Source: an uncultured Candidatus Rokubacteria bacterium
Lineage (GTDB): Bacteria > Methylomirabilota > Methylomirabilia > Rokubacteriales > CSP1-6
DNA length: 64,000 nt
Direction of reading: 5' to 3'
Assembly: GCA_963754315.1 (NCBI GenBank)
Contig: CAVWFS010000019.1
Span: forward strand, 861,745 to 925,744
In this document: piece by piece, positions 57,377 through 64,000 of the stretch
Layout of the letters: each line of letters starts with the position of its first letter
Position numbering within the stretch: the first letter of the stretch is position 1
Notes under the pieces: generated by a model
The model's input: the letters and a program-made list of their open reading frames with translations, nothing else
Told to the model about the DNA's origin: nothing
Database searches by the model: none
Made by a program: the position numbers and the translations under genes

Positions 57377-58486
57377 TTACGCTGCCCGGCTCGCCGCCTC
57401 GCGGCGGGTCATCGCGGCCCAGATGAAGCCCACGAGTTCGCGGGCCACGGCCGCCACGGCGATGGGCGTGCGCTTGCCGTGGCCCACAAGATGACGGTAG
57501 CGCCGGTGCAAGCGTTGCTGGGCCCGCCAGGCGTGCTTGGTGATCGCGCCGGGTTGGCCCTGACTGCGCCGCGCCAGGGCGCCGCCGAGGCTGGGGTGAT
57601 GGCGATAATGCCAGGCCGCTTCCACGAGGACGCGGCGCGCATGGCTGTTGCCCGCCTTGGTCAGCGCCCCGCGCCGCTCGCGGTCGCCCGAGGAGTACTC
57701 ACTGGGCACCAGCCCCAGGTAGGCCATGAGCTGGCGCGGGCGGTGGAAGCGCTGAAAGTCCACGATCTCCGCGAGCAAGATCATGGCCGACAGGGTGTCG
57801 ATCCCGCGGAAGCACCGCAGCCAGCCCACGGGCTCTCGATACGGCGCCGTCTCCGCCAGCGCCGTGATCTCCTTGTCCAGCTCGGCCAGCCGCGCCAGGG
57901 CCTGCTCCAGGGCAAACAGGGAAGCCTCGGCCGCGCGCTGCAGGGCGGGCACGGCGAACTGCTGGCTGCGGATCCAGGTCCAGTGCGCGCGGCTCCAGTT
58001 CTTGCCCGCGTGGTAGACCCGGCCGTGGCGCGCCAACAACTTCAGGACCCGATGCCGCCAGCGCAGGACGTCGCGCCGCACATCATCCCGACACCGCAGC
58101 AGATCCCGCACGGCCTCCTCGCCCTCATCCGGCACATGGATGGCGGTCAGCTCCCCGGCGCGGAAGAGCCGCACCAGCTTGGCGGCATCGCGCCGGTCGG
58201 TCTTGATCCGCTGCCCCGGCCGCCGCGGCGTCAAGGCCGGGGCGATCACCTGGCAAGTCACCCCGAACGCGGTGATCTGGCGATAGAGGTCGTACCCCGA
58301 TACCCCGGCCTCATAGCACGCCGTCACCGCCCCCTCGCGCGTGAGCCGCTCGAACAAGCGGCGGAGGTGGTGGGGCTCGTTGGGGATCTCCCGCAGCTCT
58401 GGCTGCGTCGCGTCCGGCCGCAGGATCCCCGCCACGATCTTCCGCTTGCTGTCATCGAGCGCCACGTGTGTAGTACCCTTCTTCAT
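57377..58486 (-). CDS. IS110-family transposase (DEDD recombinase)
   Basis: VALDDSK, CYEAG, KTDRRDA, GIDTLSA, YLGLVPSEYSSG, TKAGNSHARRVLVEAAW. Confidence 0.95.
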   Translation of the reverse strand: MKKGTTHVALDDSKRKIVAGILRPDATQPELREIPNEPHHLRRLFERLTREGAVTACYEAGVSGYDLYRQITAFGVTCQVIAPALTPRRPGQRIKTDRRDAAKLVRLFRAGELTAIHVPDEGEEAVRDLLRCRDDVRRDVLRWRHRVLKLLARHGRVYHAGKNWSRAHWTWIRSQQFAVPALQRAAEASLFALEQALARLAELDKEITALAETAPYREPVGWLRCFRGIDTLSAMILLAEIVDFQRFHRPRQLMAYLGLVPSEYSSGDRERRGALTKAGNSHARRVLVEAAWHYRHHPSLGGALARRSQGQPGAITKHAWRAQQRLHRRYRHLVGHGKRTPIAVAAVARELVGFIWAAMTRREAASRAA

Positions 58487-58639
58487 GACCGGCCTCCTGT
58501 CGCATGTGGCTCTGTTCCTCCCCGGAACAACCCACGCTTACTTTGCGATACGGCAGGCCGGTCCTTCCATATTGTCTAGGAGGCTCCAACCCTGGAGAAG
58601 GCCGGGTCGTGACGAGACCGACCGAGCCATTCTCCCCGG

Positions 58640-58775
58640 AGTGCGCGAGCCTCCAGGACGTGCTCCAAAAAGGGGATGAGGCCCGCTCAGCGACGCGAGC
58701 TGGTTGCCACGCTGGTGGCGGCGTATCGCGTGCCGACACGGCGGGCCTGTGAGGTGGTGCACTGCAACGGAATCG
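58640..58775 (+). mobile_element. IS3-family (IS407-like) orfA/orfB junction remnant
   Basis: LQDVLQK followed by an AAAAAG slippery motif and MRPAQRRELVATLVAAYRVPTRRACEV. Confidence 0.6.
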
Positions 58776-58779
58776 ACCC

Positions 58780-60000
58780 GCCGTCGATCGAAGATCTGCG
58801 CGCGCGGGCCGGCGACGCGCACCTTGCCATCGTGGGTGGTCAGCGCCGAGTACCGACCCGCGATCGCCACCGTACATCGCAAGCACGCGGACATGTGCTA
58901 TTCGCGCACCGGCGTCGCGCGGGTCGGCACGTCGCCCGCCGAGTATCGGGGACGTGCCCGCGGGTACCTGCCGTTCGACAAGGAGCACCCGGCCGCGATC
59001 CGGGTCCTGCCGTGCCGGTACGCTGCGTTCATCGCCGTGCTCGCGCCAGGTTCAAAAACTCGGACATGGGCCAATGCGCTACTCTCGAGCCAGAGGAGAA
59101 GCCGGCGACGGCAGCGACCGGGAGACATAGACGCCGGTCTCCTCCAGCCCCCCGCCGCGCTTCGCCGCAAAGTCCCGGATTCGATGCGCAACTTCTGGGT
59201 GCCTTTGCACAAGCTGTTCGATGGCGATGAGTGTCTACGCGGCAAGCGGCTGTCGGTGAGGCTGTCGGCGAACCATGTCAACGAAGAGCTGCGTCGCGCT
59301 CACTTGCGCTTCCTCGCCGGTGGGCATCACAGCGGCTGGGTGGAACCGGACCTCAGCGAGCCGCCGTTCGTCATCCGTGACGGTATAGCCGAGTTCTACG
59401 AGAGGGCCCTAACGACGGAGGCTGGGCTGCTGACACCTGTCGCCCACCAGAGGCTGATCGAGCGGGCGACGTACCGCAACGAGCCGCTGACGTACTTGGT
59501 GCCGAAGAGCAAGGCGGAAATCGCCCGCTGTTGTGGCGAACCTATCGCTCGAGCCTGAACCTGCTCCCCGAAGCCGAGTGGTGCGCGCGCGGCTCCCGAG
59601 TATCTCCACGCTCATTCGTCACGTAATCGGTGACGACGGCAAGGAATACGATCTCAATGCCGCGCCGGACGTGGCCGCAAACATCCAGAGGGGCGGCTAT
59701 CGCGCGTGTCACTATCTTGACTTCACCGCTCACGGGTGGATCGATGTCGAGTGCAGCGCTGTGGCGCTCGACATTCCGCGCCAGCTTCCCGCGTACTCGA
59801 TAATCGCTTTCCCCTGACTTCTTTCCCCCTCGTTCACCAGACGGATCTAATGCAGTGGACAGATCAGGCCGTCCAGCCGGCGATGTTGGAGCTCTTGTGG
59901 AGCGCAACCGGTGCCGGTCGCCCCGCAGGCGCTCTCGGATCAGCGGTATGCGGCCAACCTGGCTGTCGTGGCGGGCATGATGGGCACACGCGATCCGAGG
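58780..60000 (+). pseudogene. Fragmented hypothetical gene
   Basis: Coding-like pieces in shifting frames: EYRPAIATVHRKHADMCYSRTGVARVGT, FWVPLHKLF, DLNAAPDV..GGYRACHYLDFT..GWI, FFPLVHQ. Confidence 0.5.
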
Positions 60001-60153
60001 CGTGACGAACGGGTGGATCGACGAAGGACACGGCGATTCCCGCGTTCCGGCGGTGGATGCGCGACTGGTTCCGCCACGACGTGGATCGCATGACCATGTT
60101 CTATCGACGGCTCGGTTGGCCCGCCGGTCGGGCCTTCGCTCAAGGAGACTGAA

Positions 60154-60694
60154 ATGCCAGGCAAGATCATCGCAGAGATCCGCAACAACCGGTTCCCAAC
60201 GGTGGCCGTCCCGCCGGACACATACGTAATCTGGCGCAACCTCGATCCTCACCCGCACACGTCGAGACGGACTCCGACAGCTGCTATTCTCTCCAACGTC
60301 GGGCCTCTGTTCTCGGGTGGCGAGTCGAGCCCAGTGTACTTTGGTCGCGCGGCCTCGGTCGACTACGTGTGTCCCAGTCACGCGAACATGACCGGTCGTG
60401 TGGTCGTCGATGCCAACGCCACCCTTCCGCCCGGAGGGATTGGTCTCGCCGGACGAGCACGAACACGGCGGGATCCATGGCCACCACCTCAGGCACTTTC
60501 ACGGCTTCGTCACCGGTGGACGCACCCCGCAGCGCCTCTTCATGTCGCACACGCCGGTCATCGCCGACGAGCGCCACCGCTTCCAGGTCATAATCCAGGG
60601 GAGCTTCGTCGAGCCGAGGCATGCCGACGCCTACGCCGCGATCCGCAATGGGTCGTATGCCGACGGCGTCATACAGACTTTCCACCACATCGCA
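60154..60694 (+). pseudogene. Cupredoxin (plastocyanin/amicyanin-like) domain + His-rich second domain, frameshifted and truncated by an IS110 fragment
   Basis: AAGGAG RBS; VIWRNLDPHPHT and YVCPSHANMTGRVVV type-1 copper motif; then EHEHGGIHGHHLRHFHG in the next frame. Confidence 0.65.
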
Positions 60695-61212
60695 CTGGAA
60701 CAAGCCCACCTCAAGCTCTCGAGCCTGGTCCCGGACCTCCTCGGCGTGAGCGCCCGGCCGATGCTCGCGGCGCTGGCCGACGGGGCCACCGACCCCGGGG
60801 CGCTGAGCGCTTTCGGGTCGAAAGATCCCGGCGTTGCTGCGCGGGCGTGCTCCCGAACTGACGCCGCTCGAACGCGTCCTCCCTGGCGGCGGCGAGATCG
60901 GCAACGACCACGGCCAACATCCGTTTGTGCACATCAATGCCGGCGATCGCGTAGGCCATGTGGGGCGCTCCTTCTGGCGGGAGCGGAGAGCGTGCCTTCA
61001 GGTAACCTTACGCAGGGTCAGGCTATCAACGCTCCCAGAGGAGACAGAGACGCCCACTTATTCGCCCAACACGCACGCTCCGGATCAGACAGATATACGG
61101 CCTTGACCTTGACCGGTCCAGTAAGCGCTCGACCTTGCCGCTCCCGGCCGCGGCGATCATAGCGCAGTGCGATTTTCATGAGGGTTCGCGGGCCGCAGGG
61201 CTTCGATGACAG
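60695..61212 (-). mobile_element. Rearranged partial IS110 copy (left end + 5' transposase, plus an inverted internal piece)
   Basis: 60836-61212 matches 62393-62764; 60695-60805 is the reverse complement of ~61913-62022. Confidence 0.85.
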
Positions 61213-61228
61213 GGTCGAAAATCCAGCG

Positions 61229-62515
61229 CTACGCGGGAACAACCGTCGACTGGGCGCTGGCCAGTTCGACCCGATAGCCGAAGCTGCGGAGTGCGCGGAT
61301 CATTCGGGCCGTCCGGTGTCGCTTGGACTTTTGGCTCAGGGCTGGGCCGCGTTCCTCGTACCGGACGCCCTGATGCAGGATCTTCCAGATCAGGCGGCAC
61401 AGCCGGTGGGCAATTACGCCGATCGTTTGGGGATGCCCGAGCCGCGGGACATAGCGGCGATAGAGGATCTCGAAGATCGTCCCTTTCGATTTCACCGCGG
61501 CGTTGGCCGCCTGGTTGAGCAGGCGCCGCATCTGACGGTTGCCCTTCGGGGACCGGTGACTGTAGTTCGCCTCCGCGCTCTCGTTCTCGCCGGGGCAGGC
61601 GCCCACCCACGAGGCGAGCTGGCCCGCGGACGGAAAGGTCGCGGCCGTGGGGCCGACCTCGGCCAGGATCTGCTGCGCCGAATCCACCCCGAGCCCGGGC
61701 ACCTCCGCCAGCCGCTGGACCTGGTCCTGATACGGGCCTAGCAGCTCGGCCATCGCCTGGTCGAGGCGGGTGATCTGGCTGTCGAGGAGCTGCAACTCCT
61801 CGAGCACCATCTTCAGGAGGCGTCGGTAGACGGGACTGAGTTCCTGGCAGGCCTCGAGGGCGTCGCGCAACTGCTCGGCGTGGCCCGCAAGCGATGATCG
61901 GCCAGGGCCGCCAGCGCCCCGGGGTCGGTGGCCCCGTCGGCCAGCGCCTCGAGCATCCGCCGGGCGCTCACGCCGAGGAGGTCCGAGACCAGGCTCGAGA
62001 GCTTGAGGTGGGCTTGTTCCAGCAGCGCCTCCAGCCGGTTCTGGAGCTGGACCCGGTTGCGCGTCAGTTGGACCTTCGTGCGCGTCACCGTCCGCCACAG
62101 GCGCTGCTCGGGCGCGGGCACGAAGCTCAGGATCAACTCCTGGGCGACCAACCGCTTCACCAGCCGTTCGGCGTCCGTGAAGTCGCGCTTGCGCCCCCGC
62201 CGCGCGCGGTTCGATCGCGCGTGCGCCAGGTGCAGGGTGCCGGCCATCGGGCCGGCCCCGGCCCGCGCCCGGGCGCGCGGCGTCCAGTGACCGTTCCAGC
62301 GCGGCCCAGACGGGCTTCCAGTACTGCGCCGTCGATTCCATGACGACTTCGTCGACCTGGTGCTCGCTCAGCCAGTCGGCCAGCAGGCGCAGCTGCGCGG
62401 GCGTGCTCCCGAACTGACGCCGCTCGAACGCGTCCTCCCTGGCGGCGGCGAGATCGGCGACGACCACGGCCAACATCCGTTTGTGCACGTCAATGCCGGC
62501 GATCGCGTAGGCCAT
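61229..62515 (-). CDS. IS110-family transposase with two compensating frameshifts
   Basis: AGIDVHK, VVMESTAQYWK, then GRKRDFTDAERL in ORF 61813-62247, then VPGLG..ILAEVG..LASWVGACPGENESA..KGN. Confidence 0.88.
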   Translation of the reverse strand: MAYAIAGIDVHKRMLAVVVADLAAAREDAFERRQFGSTPAQLRLLADWLSEHQVDEVVMESTAQYWKPVWAALERSLDAARPGAGRGRPDGRHPAPGARAIEPRAAGAQARLHGRRTAGEAVGRPGVDPELRARARAAPVADGDAHEGPTDAQPGPAPEPAGGAAGTSPPQALEPGLGPPRRERPADARGAGRRGHRPRGAGGPGRSSLAGHAEQLRDALEACQELSPVYRRLLKMVLEELQLLDSQITRLDQAMAELLGPYQDQVQRLAEVPGLGVDSAQQILAEVGPTAATFPSAGQLASWVGACPGENESAEANYSHRSPKGNRQMRRLLNQAANAAVKSKGTIFEILYRRYVPRLGHPQTIGVIAHRLCRLIWKILHQGVRYEERGPALSQKSKRHRTARMIRALRSFGYRVELASAQSTVVPA

Positions 62516-62720
62516 GTGGGGCGCTCCTTCTGGCGGGAGCGGAGAGCGTGCCTTCAGGTAACCTTATGCAGGGTCACAGGCTATCAACGCTCCCAGAGGA
62601 GACAGAGACGCCCACTTATTCGCTCAACACGCACGCTCCGGATCAGACAGATATACGGCCTTGACCGCTCCAGTAAGCGCTCGACCTTGCCGCTCCCGGC
62701 CGCGGCGATCATAGCGCAGT
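62516..62720 (-). ncRNA. Candidate IS110 bridge RNA
   Basis: 5' non-coding region carrying ATATCT (matches target flank + core) followed by GACCCT (matches donor end + core). A second copy lies at ~60960-61165. Confidence 0.55.
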
Positions 62721-63560
62721 GCGATTTTCATGAGGTTTCGCGGGCCGCAGGGCCTCGATGACAGATATGGCGAAGGACAGGACGGCGGATGGCCAAGCGT
62801 CACGAGGTTGACACGTCGACCAGACGGCAGCCACACTTCCGAGAGGAGGCCACCCCCCCGAAATAAGGGTTTGCCAGCGTTTCTGATCGCTAGCCGAGCC
62901 TCCACTCTGTGGCACGACGAGTGCACTGGCGAACTAGTATGGACGGACCACGTCCGGCCGGGCCGCAGCTCCCTTCTGGCTGACCGGTGGGTCACCCTCC
63001 GAACGTGGCAGAGGCCCGGGGGTGGTTAGGGTGAGCGCGTAGCCTCGAGGTCCGTCAGTCGGAAGCAGACCTTGTCTGACATCTGGCGAGTGTGATTGAC
63101 AGACCAATCTGACCTCCCGGACCACAGCCTGGGCCTCATGTGTGTCCACGATCTTGAGGGGAGGCTGCCTTCGTCCAATGAGGCCGCCGCAGGTGCGTGC
63201 GGTGCTGGAATTGTGGAGTGGAGCGACGCTGGACTTGGCGGACGGGACGGCCGTGGAGCTGATGGATGAGGAGACCACAAACCTGGAGCAGGGCTGGTTT
63301 ACGCGGAGCTTACGGGGGCCGGATTTGGTTCAAAGAAAACTTCCTCGTCAACAACAAAGAGGTGCTCGGGAAAAAGCACGGGGGCCGGTAAGAGAAAAGT
63401 GCCATGTCCGCTTGGAAGAGCGGCAGCTGGGCTCCGCAGGTCCCGGGGCCGTATGTTCGCTTCGACAACCTGATCGTCGGAATCTCAAAGCACCACGTCG
63501 AGATTGACTGGACGTCCGAGTTCACGCATTTCGCACAAGCCTCTCATTGAAGGGGTTACC

Positions 63561-64000
63561 ATGTCTCGCCGCGCTTGGATACTGTCTCTGGGCGGCCTTA
63601 TCCTGGCCGCAATGGCAAGTCAGGCCATGGCTCAGGACTATTTTCCGCCTCCTGAATCGCAGGGGAGAAGGAAGTCGGAGATCGCTCGTCACGCCGAACG
63701 TGCCTCCCAGCGCCGAAGAAAAAGCCCAGGTTCTGAGTCTCACAGGTTTGAATTGGGACAGGCTGCTGCTGGCCCAGAATCACAGCGCAAGTTTCGATCG
63801 TGTCGCCACCGTGCTGGTGATCCGCAACGGCTGGATCGCGGGCGATTGGGGGGACAACACGACAGATCGTGGCGAGCTACTCCATGGGGAAGTCGTGGGT
63901 AAGTTTGGCCATGGCCAAGGTGTTCGACTTGAGCGAGGCCAACCAGTTGCCGAACGGTCAACGGATCGGACCGGAGAGTTTCGCGTATTTGTATTTGCCC
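63561..64000 (+). pseudogene. Secreted serine hydrolase (beta-lactamase-like) gene, frameshifted, runs off the window
   Basis: Signal peptide + DYFPPPESQG; VLVIRNGWIAGDW and YSMGKS (SxxK) in other frames. Confidence 0.55.

Larger units (their letters stand above)
57040..58580 (-). mobile_element. IS110-family element (IS1111-like layout, long non-coding region 3' of the transposase); boundaries approximate
   Basis: Intact transposase plus ~330 bp downstream non-coding region and a short upstream end (CTAGACAATATGGAAG). Confidence 0.75.
61211..62764 (-). mobile_element. Full-length IS110-family element with CT core at both boundaries
   Basis: Minus-strand boundaries gccatatCT|gtcatcg and ttttcgaccCT; ~250-bp 5' non-coding region. 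Confidence 0.85.

Noticed and set aside
57479..58579. 366-aa plus-strand ORF
   Set aside because: Antisense shadow of the IS110 transposase.
62770..63500. Short ORFs right of the IS110 element
   Set aside because: No recognisable motifs or consistent frame; cannot be supported as genes.
1..64000. CRISPR array, tRNA or rRNA genes
   Set aside because: No regularly spaced short repeats, cas genes or recognisable structural RNA genes seen by eye.

Overview
High-GC bacterial window. The DZR-adenylate cyclase-AAA-TPR gene and overall gene style suggest Candidatus Rokubacteria/Methylomirabilota, but this is inference only. Two convergent exopolysaccharide operons of the exosortase/PEP-CTERM-associated type dominate: + strand 6303-29447 and - strand 42283-53343. 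Together they encode a priming glycosyltransferase, Wzc, deacetylases, WecB, FemAB, GNAT, four AsnB-like amidotransferases, GT4s, an O-antigen-ligase-like protein, methyltransferases, an AlgD-like dehydrogenase, a transglutaminase-like protein, a PaaK/CapK-like ligase and a PrsK/exosortase/PrsR module. The most unusual element brackets both operons: secreted proteins built from uncharacterised modules. Module A is a Kelch-like propeller (GGGHxDYxGNE / DGxPNxRHxYGG), B is a second propeller (TKH..GGD..SYRQD..EYPYCG), D is a right-handed beta-helix and C is a C-terminal cap. A and B co-occur four times, once fused with D in a ~1520-aa protein. The copies share a 592-bp apparently perfect inverted repeat, a ~1.07-kb direct repeat and mosaic SNP patterns, suggesting a recombination-shuffled EPS-associated surface or enzyme system. 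PrsR has lost its GAFTGA and Walker B motifs although a consensus sigma-54 promoter precedes the operon. The right end holds two IS110-family elements with candidate bridge/seek RNA regions (one with a tandem RE-LE junction), an IS3 remnant and broken genes; an IS256 remnant lies near the left end. Many single-base frameshifts probably reflect long-read errors.
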